Source: Longimicrobiales bacterium (GTDB lineage: Bacteria > Gemmatimonadota > Gemmatimonadetes > Longimicrobiales > Gaopeijiaceae). From it: a stretch of 64,000 nucleotides of DNA. A program made the position numbers and the translations under genes. A model generated the notes under the pieces. The model had not been told where the DNA came from and did no database searches. It worked only from the letters and a program-made list of their open reading frames with translations. Positions 9,911 through 19,121 of the stretch are shown one piece after another; the stretch's first letter is position 1, and the number at the start of each line of letters is the position of its first letter. The stretch lies in assembly GCA_965226375.1 (NCBI GenBank), contig CBDDCX010000008.1, positions 1,184,001-1,248,000 of the forward strand, written 5' to 3'.

Positions 9911-10770
9911 TGATTCCTGGCCGATCCCGATAGGCGACTGCTGACGACTTCGCGATTCTGCTGCCGCTCCAAGATGAGGATCTGAAGCGAAGAGCGCGAA
10001 CCTGCGCGTCCATTAGCCCAAAGAGCTGCCCCTCGGCAAGGCCCGAGGCGAGCGGACTCTATCGGCCGTCTAGTCGATTGGGACCGGCGAAGGGGGAAAC
10101 GCGAAAGCGCGGACGCCACCGCCGGCCACGTTTCTGTGGTCGGATCGGCAGGTCCGCGCCTGGTAGCTCGGGTAGCTGCTTTACGCTCGGGCATGTCTCC
10201 GTTGAGGCTCAGCCTTCACGCCTTCGGGGCCGTCCCTGTCTCTGTCGTCGGATTCCACCGCGTTCGGTGGGCGGAAGCCCCGTGTCGGGGTGCCTTCTAC
10301 GGGTCAGAAGAGGCCCCCACAGGGTGCCATCGGCCCGGAATCGCACGAACTCGTTCATGGCGACGTGCGTGGAGTAAGGCCAACGCGATGCCGTGCGGTG
10401 CCAACCAGGGTGAGGTGCAGGGTTTCCTTGCCTGAGATTAGAGCGTTGGCAGCGACCGCCAGCACACCGTCATTGGCCCCAAAACCAGCAAGCCTAAAGA
10501 CAGCAAGACTCTAAGAGACTCGACAGCCGGCTAATGGCCTTCGTCGTATCTCCCTCAATTTGGCGGCTGCTCTGCAGGGGCGTTAGAGTGGTCCGTCCCT
10601 CCCTACTGTTCACACTAAATCAGGCTCCGTTCGATCATGATCATTGTCTCGGTAACTGCAACTGAGGGAGGTTTATCGGTGACGCCGCGCTTTGTGGATG
10701 CAGGAGAGGATCTGAACCACAAGGCGCATGCGGAACCTGTCAACGACAATGGGACACTCTACGGGATTAA

Positions 10771-11778
10771 TTAGAGAGCAATGTCCTGTGTGGTGAGGGA
10801 AGGGATGGGAGGATTGATGAAGACGGCCTCCGGGAGCGGTTTGGGATTCGGCACACCTCTGACGAAGCGTTCGGGATGAGCGGCCCATGCTTCGCGGAGC
10901 ACGGATTTCCTGCCGGCAATGACCTGATCGGCGTTCCCGAAGTGGACCTGCTCGGGGGTTAGCATCGAGATGCCGCCATGGCGGTGCTCGGCATTGTACC
11001 AGCGGAAGAACGATCGACAGAACGTCTTGGCTTGGCCCTGATCCCCGAACCGTCCGGGAAACGAGGGATGGTACTTCAAGGTTTTGAACTGAGCCTCGGA
11101 AAACGGGTTGTCATCCGACACCTGAGGCCGGCTCAACGAGCGGGTCACGCCGAGGTCAGCGAGAAGTTGAGCGGTGCATTGGCTCGTCATTGGAGCTCCC
11201 CGATCCGAGTGCAGGGTCAGGACCCGGGGCTGGACGCCATGCTTCAGGCAACTCTGCTGGATCAGGAGCCCGGCCAAGGCCGAGCTCTCCCGATCCGCCA
11301 CCATCCATCCCACGATGTAGCGGCTGTAGATGTCCATGATGACGTAGAGGTAGTAATAGCTCCACTTCTTCGGCCCGAGCAGCCGCGTGATATCCCAGGA
11401 CCACACCTGGTTCGGCGCCGTGGCCATCAACTCGGGCTTCTTGTACTCGGGATGGGTGCGCTGCGCCCGGCGTTCCTGAACCGGCACCTCGGAGGCCAGA
11501 ACACGATACATCGTGCGTTCGCTGCACAGGTAGACCTCTTCGTCGAGCAGCGTGGCCACCACCTCGGCGGGTGAGCGGTCCACGAACCGCTCCGAACACA
11601 GCGTGTCGAAGACCTCGCCTCGTTCCGTCTCGCTCAATGCCCGGGCGGGCGTCGGGCGGGGCTGCTGTTGCCCGGTTGATGGGCCTCGACGACGGTACAA
11701 CGTCGATCGGGAGACCTCGAGGGCCGCGCACGCCGGTTTTACACCGACGTGCTTAGCCAGCTCATCGGCCGCCTTCAA
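10771..11778 (-). CDS. IS3-family transposase OrfB (rve/DDE)
   Basis: PNQVWSWDIT, LHSDRG, DNPFSEAQFKTLK, WYNAEHRH; TTG start overlaps the orfA stop (TTGA). Confidence 0.9.
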   Translation of the reverse strand: MKAADELAKHVGVKPACAALEVSRSTLYRRRGPSTGQQQPRPTPARALSETERGEVFDTLCSERFVDRSPAEVVATLLDEEVYLCSERTMYRVLASEVPVQERRAQRTHPEYKKPELMATAPNQVWSWDITRLLGPKKWSYYYLYVIMDIYSRYIVGWMVADRESSALAGLLIQQSCLKHGVQPRVLTLHSDRGAPMTSQCTAQLLADLGVTRSLSRPQVSDDNPFSEAQFKTLKYHPSFPGRFGDQGQAKTFCRSFFRWYNAEHRHGGISMLTPEQVHFGNADQVIAGRKSVLREAWAAHPERFVRGVPNPKPLPEAVFINPPIPSLTTQDIAL

Positions 11779-12224
11779 GAGTTTGTCCCGTCGTCGAGGC
11801 TTATCCCCAGCAGCCCCGCAACTTTTCCCTGCACGTCGATGATCAGGTGTGCCTTCCTGAGCTCATTCCCGAGCCGTGCGTTTCGCCGCTCCAGCTTGCG
11901 TACCTTCTCATCCAGCGGATTTCGCTCCGGCTTGCGGCCGCGTTTCTTCGACAGGGCCTTCAGCGACCCGCTATGCGCCGCCTTGCGCCACGTCGTCAGG
12001 TGCGACGAGTACAGGCCCTCTCGCCGCAGGACTTGACCCACCTCGCCGGGCTCGGTGCACCGGTCCGCTTCTTCGACGATCCGCAGCTTGTACGACGGAC
12101 TGAACCGCCGCCGTAGCGGCCTATCTACTACCTCCGGGTCCGCAGGAGCTGCCGCGCTTCGCTTGGCCTCCCCGGTTCCAGGGGCACTACCATTCTCTGC
12201 CATTCTCTCTCGCAGTCCCAACAT
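11775..12224 (-). CDS. IS3-family transposase OrfA (HTH)
   Basis: RRRFSPSYKLRIVEEAD..LRREGLYSSHLTTWR followed by a coiled coil. Confidence 0.85.
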   Translation of the reverse strand: MLGLRERMAENGSAPGTGEAKRSAAAPADPEVVDRPLRRRFSPSYKLRIVEEADRCTEPGEVGQVLRREGLYSSHLTTWRKAAHSGSLKALSKKRGRKPERNPLDEKVRKLERRNARLGNELRKAHLIIDVQGKVAGLLGISLDDGTNS

Positions 12225-12448
12225 GTTCGTTTTCTCTGCCTTCGCCCTACTCTAATTCTTTGCGTGCTCCGTGTCTCACGTACGTTGGCAGAGAGGGATG
12301 TTCTTCGGGTGGGTTTCTCATACCTTGGCGTACCGTTCACTGAGTGGGAACGTCACGCGGGGGAAACCGTGCAGGTGTCCGAGAACCAGAGACTATTGCC
12401 AGTCGCGAGTGTGCGGGTGTCAACGGCCATCGAAAGCTGCACAGGTCT

Positions 12449-13785
12449 TGGAGTGAACCCCTGAGGGTGGACAACGAGAGTTGGTCGGATTGACCAGTCA
12501 GTGGCTTCAAGCTGCATGAATGCCCTCGAATTCCTCAGGCGGCATGTAGCCGAGCGAGGAGTGCAAGCGTCTTCGATTGTACACCTCCTCAAGGAAGTGG
12601 GGGAGTCGGTTGGCTACGTCATCAATCGTGCTGTAGTTGTTTGCCAAGATCTCCTCGTGCTTCAGGGTTTTGAAGAAGCCTCAACATGTGGGTTGTCGTA
12701 CGGATTACCCCGCCGGACATCGATCCTCGGACACCGTGCTTGGCGAGACGTGAACGGTACGCTTGGGATGCGTACTGGACGCCGCGATCGGAGTGGTGGA
12801 CGAGGCCAGACCGCGGCTGCCGAAGTTCGAGTGCGGCATCGAGTGCGGCCAGGCAAAGACGCGCGTCCAGGAGATGGCTGATGGCGTAGCCAATGACACG
12901 CCGCGACCACACGTCGAGCTTTCCGACAGCTAGGAAAACAAAGCCGGTCGTGAGCCGGATGTACGTCAGATCGGCCACCCAGAGCTCGTCAGGCCCCTCG
13001 GGCGTAATCCGAGGGCCTCAGGTTCGGGTAGACGCGCTGCTTGTGATCAGCACCTGTTCGTCGAGCAAGCCATGCGCGCACTCCGCGGCGGGGCGTAAGC
13101 GCGTGTTCACGCATGACCCGAGCGACCTCGCTTGTGATTGACTACCAGGCCGCGTCTCCGGAGCTCGTGCGTAACCCGTCGATATCCGTAGGCGGGTAGA
13201 ACTCGGCGAGGATGTCTTCGATCCGCACGCGCAGGTCTGCGTCCGTTCTCTCCCGAGCTCGGTCCCGCAGGCCGCTTTTTTCCGGTCGCTTGTAGAAGGT
13301 ACTCCTCGCAAGCTCCAGTTCATGAGGCTGCAGCTTCGCCTCGTCCAGGGACACTCCCTGGTCCAGGAGATGATCGACGACCGCGGCGCTTTTCTGCTGA
13401 CGGGTCTCAGACACCCTTTTTTTCATGGCGTCGAGTTCCATCGTCAACTGACCTGTACAATCTTGCGCTCGAGGTGCCGCGATCTTGGCCTGGTCCTCGA
13501 CAACTTGCTCCTGCAGGTGGATCTCCTCCGTAAGTTCGCCTTCCCCGTACGGCTTCTTGACCCAGATCATGAGCAGGGAGTGAGGCACACCGTGTCGAGT
13601 AGCGATCGCCCTGGCACTGCCTTCTCCATCCAAGTACGCCTGGACCAGCTGGATCTTGCGAACTCCGTGCTCACCTACGTGTGGCGTCGAACCGTTCTGA
13701 TGGGAACCTCCCGAGTGATTACCGGCAAGGTCCAATCCATCGCCCCCTCTGTGTCCGACTGTCGTGTCAACGGCCATCACTGCCA
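12449..13785 (-). pseudogene. Degenerate IS3-family element (frameshifted orfA/orfB) nested in the IS21 end
   Basis: Fragments WVADLTYIRL, VHHSDRGVQYAS, RRGNPYDN and KIQLVQAYLDGEGSARAIA..LLMIW in different frames; end TGGAGTGAACCCCTGAGGGTGGACA; TCT at 12446-12448 and 13786-13788. Confidence 0.8.
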
Positions 13786-13828
13786 TCTGGCCATCGAAAA
13801 TTGCACACTTGGCGGAGGTGACGAGCCT

Positions 13829-14671
13829 CTAGTTCGTCGTTTTCTCCTTTGCTCTTGCTCTCTTTCTCTTCGGGGGTGAAGGGCTCGACTCCGCAGGAGG
13901 CGAGTGTAGGATCTTGGAGAGGTCGGTGTGCTTGCGCATCCGGTAGCTGCTGCCGCGGATGTTGACGATATGGCAGTGATGCAGCAGGCGATCGATGAGC
14001 GCAGCGGCCATGACCTCGTCGCCCAAGATCTGGCCCCACTCCTCGAAGCCTTTATTGGAGGTCAGCACAGTGGATGCGCGCTCATAGCGCCGGTTGATGA
14101 GTTGGAAGAAGAGCATGGCGCCGGTCTGGCTGACCGGCAGGTAGCCGATCTCGTCGATGACCGGGAGCGAAGGATAGGTGAGGATCTTGAGGCGGCGTCC
14201 CAGCTGGCCGGTGGTCTTGGCTTCTTCGAGCGAGGTGATGAGGTCGGCCAGAGCGCCGTAGTAGACTCTGCGCCCGCTCTGAGCCGCGGCAATGGCGAGG
14301 CTGATCGCGAGATGCGTCTTGCCGACGCCCGGCGGGCCGAGGAAGATCACGTTCTCCTTACGCTCCAAGAAGCCGAGCTCGTGGAGCGAGTCGATCTGCT
14401 CGCGCTTGATCGAGGGCTGGAAGCTGAAGTCGAAGTCGTCGAGGGTCTTGATGCCCGGTAGCCGGCTCGAGCGCATCGCAGCCTGAAGGCGGCGGTTGTT
14501 GCGCAGCGTGATCTGGGCACCGAGGAGTTGCTCGATGGCCTCCGAGGCCGTCACGCCTCCGCCATCGACCCCGGTGAGGACGTCGTCGATGGCCTCCAGC
14601 GCACCGGGCATCTTGAGATCGGCGAGCTGGGCTCGGATCCGGTCACGGCGAGAGCGAGCGGCAGCCTTCAT
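13829..14671 (-). CDS. istB: IS21 helper ATPase IstB
   Basis: KTLDDFDFSFQP, Walker A GPPGVGKT, IDEIGY, LTSNKGFEEWG, IDRLLHH, GSSYR. Confidence 0.95.
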   Translation of the reverse strand: MKAAARSRRDRIRAQLADLKMPGALEAIDDVLTGVDGGGVTASEAIEQLLGAQITLRNNRRLQAAMRSSRLPGIKTLDDFDFSFQPSIKREQIDSLHELGFLERKENVIFLGPPGVGKTHLAISLAIAAAQSGRRVYYGALADLITSLEEAKTTGQLGRRLKILTYPSLPVIDEIGYLPVSQTGAMLFFQLINRRYERASTVLTSNKGFEEWGQILGDEVMAAALIDRLLHHCHIVNIRGSSYRMRKHTDLSKILHSPPAESSPSPPKRKRARAKEKTTN

Positions 14672-15696
14672 CGGTCCCCTCCCGCGATCTGGGCATAGGC
14701 CGTGAGGGGACGTCGCTCGACGTGGATGGCCGGCAAGGACGTCGTGCCGGGTGAGGAGCGATCCGGAGGCAGGACGAGGGGGTGATACGGGCGAGTCGCC
14801 AAGGGCTCGAGGAGCAGTCGTTCACGCTCGAAGCGATCGAGGGGCCGCTCCTTCAGCGTTGCGTGGCTGCGCACATTGGCTTCCGTCTCAAGCCAATGAA
14901 GGGCCTGCGCGTTGAGATCGTCGTCCGACGTGAAGGTGCGCCCGTAGAAGAAGCTCTCCCTGAGGTAGCGGATCGGCCGCTCCACCTTGCCCTTGGTCTG
15001 AGCCCGCTAGGGTCGGCACGCTCGGATCCTGAAGTTCCAGTGGTAGGCGTAGCGCATGAACTCCGGGTTCTCGACGAGGGCACCATCGTCGTATCGACCG
15101 TCCTCGATGACGACCGCCTTCATTTGGTCGAACAGAAGCTCACGGGGCACGCCGCCGAAGTAGGAAAACGAAGACTCCAGGCCATGCATCAGGGCCTTCA
15201 TGGTCTGCCGGGTGTAGAACTGAACCCACAGCAGCCTCGAGTAGCCCAGCACGACGATTAGTGCGTAACGCTTGCCCCACGGTAGCCGGAAGTGGGCGAA
15301 GTCCACCTGGCCCTGACGCCCAGGCGCCGTCTCGAAGCGCACGACCGGCTCCTCTGGGGGTCGAGGCCGGACCTTGCGTACATAGCGTTTCACTTGGTTG
15401 TAACTGCCCGGGTAGCCAGCGGCCCGGACCTCCTTGAAGAGCCGTACAGCCGTGAGCTTCGGGTACTCCTTGAGACGCGTGTCGATCAACGGCTTGTACG
15501 GATCCAGCTTCGACGGCATCAGACATCTCGGACCGTACCCGACACGCTCTTCGTCCAACTCCCGGTCCAGTTGACCGGTCTCTATCCAGTGGTACACGGT
15601 ACGGCGACTGACCCCCAGATCCCGGGCGATCACCGCCTTGTTCATCCCCTGCTCGAGGTAATGACGGAGCAGCACGCGCTTCTCCCTTCCGATCAT
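14668..15696 (-). pseudogene. istA: IS21 transposase IstA with an in-frame amber stop
   Basis: HTH, RFETAPGRQGQVDF, LLFDQMK, then CRP*RAQTKGKVER (TAG at 15007-15009 where Tyr is usual); the reading frame continues to 14668. Confidence 0.9.
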
Positions 15697-16015
15697 TGCA
15701 CCTCCACGTTCGCGGTGGAGGCGCCAAGTGAGTGGATCGGCCGGAAGATCGCTCGGGGTGGTGCCTACATCCCCACTCTCCCGCCCGCTAGGTCAAAGCG
15801 CCAAGTGTGCAATTTTCGATGGCCACATGTGTGCAATATTGGAAGGCCGCTAACAGTGCGGGGAGCATTCGCCAACAGCTCTGGGGCAGAGAGAGGTGGT
15901 GAGCCTGGCCCTCGACCCGCCCAACTCGAAGACGCCAAGCCCATCACGAGAGGTCGGTCGGCTCCCCACTGATGCACATGGCCTGGGGATGGGATGTTGA
16001 CCTCGGCGTGCGCCG

Positions 16016-16072
16016 ATGTCCGACTCCGTCACTCGCCTGAGCGCAGCCCTCGAAGGCCGCTACACCGTTGAG
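16016..16072 (+). repeat. Remnant of a Ser/Thr kinase 5' end (MSDSVTRLSAALEGRYTVE)
   Basis: Peptide nearly identical to MSDSVTRLNAALEGRYAIE at 21842; similarity stops before the GxGGM loop. Confidence 0.8.
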
Positions 16073-16296
16073 GGACGTATCCGTCCCACGTGGAACACCA
16101 CGACTTCGGGACCTCTACCGTCGAGTCCACCTTTCAGGATCGTCGTCTCAATGCTCCGCATCGACTTGCGGGCCTCTCGGTCCAGGGTGTGCCGTGCCCA
16201 CGCGGACAACGACTCGCCCTCGATCTGTGCTGCCACCTCGAGTCGCTTCTTCATCACCGGAGACACGAGGAACCGTAGCCGCTCCGTGCGTGCCAT
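16060..16296 (-). CDS. Small ribbon-helix-helix-like DNA-binding protein (CopG/DUF1778-like)
   Basis: MARTERLRFLVSPVMKKRLEVAAQIEGESLSAWARHTL fits a beta-strand/helix/G-x-S-L-S/helix pattern. Confidence 0.6.
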   Translation of the reverse strand: MARTERLRFLVSPVMKKRLEVAAQIEGESLSAWARHTLDREARKSMRSIETTILKGGLDGRGPEVVVFHVGRIRPSTV

Positions 16297-16297
16297 C

Positions 16298-16693
16298 TCA
16301 GTTCCACCCCGGGTCGGCGTCGGTGTCATCGTCGTCGGCTTCGTCCTGCTTCCGGCGAAAGTCGGCCTCCGCGAGGTATTCGGGGAACGTGGACATCAGC
16401 CACTCTTCGACGCGATAGCCCATCCCCTCGATCCATTCGACCGCTTGCAGGTCACCGTACTTCTCTGCGAGTGCAGACAGGCGACCGAGGTGCTTCGGGA
16501 TCTCGCGTAGGGTGCGTAGGTCGAAACCACGCAGATCTTCGGTGCTCCAGTCTTCGGGTCCCTCGCCGTGAGCGGAGTGCCAGAAATCGGCGATCTCGGT
16601 GGGCAGGTCGTCGCTGGCCTCGTACATCTTGGCCACCCGCTGGAAGAAGTCCTTTGCCAGCGGGGGGAGTGGGTGCGGTAGTGCTGTCGTCAT
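16298..16693 (-). CDS. Acidic hypothetical protein (131 aa)
   Basis: ATG 16693 preceded by GAGAGGGAG; stop lies 1 nt before the RHH gene start. Confidence 0.55.
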   Translation of the reverse strand: MTTALPHPLPPLAKDFFQRVAKMYEASDDLPTEIADFWHSAHGEGPEDWSTEDLRGFDLRTLREIPKHLGRLSALAEKYGDLQAVEWIEGMGYRVEEWLMSTFPEYLAEADFRRKQDEADDDDTDADPGWN

Positions 16694-16971
16694 GCTCAAA
16701 TCTCCCTCTCGAAAAAAAATATTCCGGACCGCAAAATTCGGTCCGGCACTATATGCGTCCAAGGACCACACGCCGCCGGCCCGTGGCCTGCTGCGTTGCG
16801 TCGCTGTCTCGCTCATCTGTTCGTTTCCCCCTTCGGCGCCATGGAGGTGTTGAGAAACTTGCGCTTCAGGAGCGACCAACGCCCCAAGTGGGAGGTCTGG
16901 ATCAACGGAGAGCGCGTTCGGGCCAGCGATACAGATCTCGTCTTGGTGATGACAAGAGAAAGGTGATCCCG

Positions 16972-17268
16972 ATGCGCTCGATTGCCCTAGTCGCTGCCCT
17001 TGCTCTTCCCCTCTTCAGTTGCGCCCCCTCCCCCGGACCCAACGGAGCGCTCCCCAGCGGGAGAATCACGCGGGCGGAGTTAGCAGAGCGCCCCACCATG
17101 TCGGCGCTCGAGGCACTTAAGGTCCTCGGACAATGGACACGCGACCAGATCCTGCGGTCGGAACTCTGGATCGACGGACTCCGCGTCGATTCCACCGGAG
17201 CCCTGCTCGCCCTTCAGAATATTCCCGCGAGCGACGTGGTCGAGATTACGCGTGATCGCCGTACGTGA
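16972..17268 (+). CDS. Small lipoprotein with TonB-plug-like motifs
   Basis: LFSC lipobox; RITRAEL..SALEAL..WIDG..LQNIPASDVVEI. Confidence 0.55.
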   Translation: MRSIALVAALALPLFSCAPSPGPNGALPSGRITRAELAERPTMSALEALKVLGQWTRDQILRSELWIDGLRVDSTGALLALQNIPASDVVEITRDRRT

Positions 17269-17600
17269 TGGGGAAGATGCGGATCAACGTCACGACTCGG
17301 TGAAGCTATTCCACCACCACCCTAGTCACCGTCTCACTACAAAACGGCAGCGGCCACTCCCCAGGCTGATCCGTCTCCACCTCGAACTCCTCATGCTCCT
17401 GCATCAGGCGCAGGAACCAATCGTGGGCTTCGCGAGCGGAGCGGATGCCGTAGTGGGGCGAGATTCTGAACGAGACGTATGTGGGTGCCATCAGCGTGTC
17501 TGGATACTCGCAGCGGATGGTGAGCCGAGGGGTGCGAAACCCCACCGGTGCCGAGGCCGTAGGGACGGTTTGACAAACCCGAACGGAGGGACCCACGGGT

Positions 17601-17881
17601 ATGGACGTTCTCATCCCTTTGCTGGCAGTATTCTCGATTTTCTTCATCCCCATTGCCAGCTTGATGCTCATCCTCACCACCAAGTTCGCCTTCAAACCGC
17701 TCGTGGAGACTCTGGCCAAGGCCCTCCGGGAATCCGGGCAGGGAGCCCAAGACACGCCCCACTGGGAGCTGCGAGAGTTGACCGCCAGGTTCTTGCTCTC
17801 ACGGAGGAGGTCAGGCAATTGAAGGAGGTCCAGGAATTCGACAAGAAGCTGCTGGGCTCGGAGGCGTCATCCGCCCGCTGA
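17601..17881 (+). pseudogene. Small membrane/coiled-coil protein, frameshifted near 17760
   Basis: GGAGG then MDVLIPLLAVF..KPLVETLAKALR; continues in another frame as ARVDRQVLALTEEVRQLKEVQEFDKKLL. Architecture resembles 52045-52347. Confidence 0.55.
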
Positions 17882-17981
17882 CTATCGTCCTGAGATCGAT
17901 GACCGCCGTTACAGGCTGATCCCCGATCCGCGCTTCCGTCTCCACCTCGAACTCCTCATGCTCCAGCGCGATCATACCTTC

Positions 17982-18146
17982 TCATTGGCCATGCTGTGAC
18001 CATTCCTCCTCAGTGGGATCTTCAACCTTCCCGTTGATAAAGATCTTCAGCCTGGCATCGCATCGGTCACACTCAGAGTACGTCCAAGAGTCTGGATAAC
18101 GTTTGCCGTTCTCGTCCACGCAGGTTGCTCGAATCCAATTCCTCAT
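17982..18146 (-). CDS. Small hypothetical protein with CxxC (54 aa; below ORF-track cutoff)
   Basis: MRNWIRATCVDENGKRYPDSWTYSECDRCDARLKIFINGKVEDPTEEEWSQHGQ. Confidence 0.35.
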   Translation of the reverse strand: MRNWIRATCVDENGKRYPDSWTYSECDRCDARLKIFINGKVEDPTEEEWSQHGQ

Positions 18147-18365
18147 TTGGAGTCGGCCACCGGAACAGCGTGGACATCTCTCGCGAAAAACTCGGATGAT
18201 TGATTTTCAATTCAATCTACTCTATGAGCCGAGGAGTGCGAGTCTGCGGCTGAACTGGCCCAAAGGAAGCTATGGCCATGCGCTCAAGCTATGGGTGATG
18301 CTGAGATTGGGCGATGGCTGGTTGGGACTACGACTCAGCGCCCGCTTGGGCCGAGGCGTTCGACC

Positions 18366-19121
18366 TCAATTAAGGGCTTGCCTACCGCGACTGCCAGCAA
18401 TCGGTTGTTGGACAGCGCAGTCAGCCCGCTTCGATGAGCCCCAGAATCCTCTCAAGCCGCGCCTCCACCATGTCGACATCGAGCAAGAGGAATTGGAGCC
18501 CGTAGATCCTCTGCGCGAGCAGTTCTTGGAAGGCCGGATCACCGAGAAGGCAGCGAGATTCGGCGGCTCGGGGACGTTATCGCCGCCGCCGAGCCACCCT
18601 GAGGCCCCCAGCGCGTCCAACCAAACCCCCCCCTCGGCGAGGTACGGCCATATGCGGTCAAAATAGAAGCTCGTCGTCCACTCTTCGTTCGTAGCCAAGT
18701 CCTCCACATTGCTCGGCCACTCTGAGAGGGCCGCGCGGAGACTGTCACTCTGGAGAATCCCGAGTCTTCCGGAAGCGATCAGTGAGTTCAGGGTCCCGAG
18801 TACTGGGTCGTACGACTGGAGGGTGGGGAAATCTAAGAGAAGCTCAGTGGTCGATCTCGTGCTGTTCGGGACTCCGAGTCGACCGCTCAGCGCGAGGAAC
18901 TCGCGGCTGGCGGAAAGACTTCGGAGATTGTTTGCTCTAATCGCGACCAGTTCCGAGGAGTTCGACTTGAACTCTTCGAGCAACTGAGCCAGGGCCTCTA
19001 TCTCCTCGGCCCGCTCCTGCCGCTCGTCCCACCAAGCCTGAAGCCCAAACGCCATTAGGATCGAGCCGACGATCACCACGCCTTCCACGAAGACGCGCAG
19101 CCAAGGGACCTGACGGTTCAA
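18366..19121 (-). CDS. Hypothetical membrane-anchored protein (DUF6090-like N-terminus)
   Basis: TTG start overlaps the kinase stop; VPWLRVFVEGVVIVGSILMAFGLQAWWDER..L..L..E pattern and GTLNSLIASGRLGIL. The 3' end is uncertain. Confidence 0.55.
   Translation of the reverse strand: MNRQVPWLRVFVEGVVIVGSILMAFGLQAWWDERQERAEEIEALAQLLEEFKSNSSELVAIRANNLRSLSASREFLALSGRLGVPNSTRSTTELLLDFPTLQSYDPVLGTLNSLIASGRLGILQSDSLRAALSEWPSNVEDLATNEEWTTSFYFDRIWPYLAEGGVWLDALGASGWLGGGDNVPEPPNLAAFSVIRPSKNCSRRGSTGSNSSCSMSTWWRRGLRGFWGSSKRADCAVQQPIAGSRGRQALN

Larger units (their letters stand above)
10731..12297 (-). mobile_element. IS3-family-like insertion sequence (two ORFs, subterminal inverted repeats, 3-bp ATG target duplication)
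   Basis: Imperfect IR TGTCAACGACAATGGGACAC (10738) / GTGTCTCACGTACGTTGGCA (ends 12290); ATG at 10728-10730 and 12298-12300; orfA and orfB inside. Confidence 0.75.
12418..15855 (-). mobile_element. IS21-family element with 7-bp target duplication GTGCGGG, carrying an IS3 insertion inside one terminal repeat array
   Basis: Ends TGTCAACGGCCATCGAAAGCTGCACA (12418) and TGTGCAATATTGGAAGGCCGCTAACA (15855); internal GGCCATCGAAAATTGCACACTTGGCG repeats at both ends; GTGCGGG at 12411-12417 and 15856-15862; istA and istB present. Confidence 0.9.
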
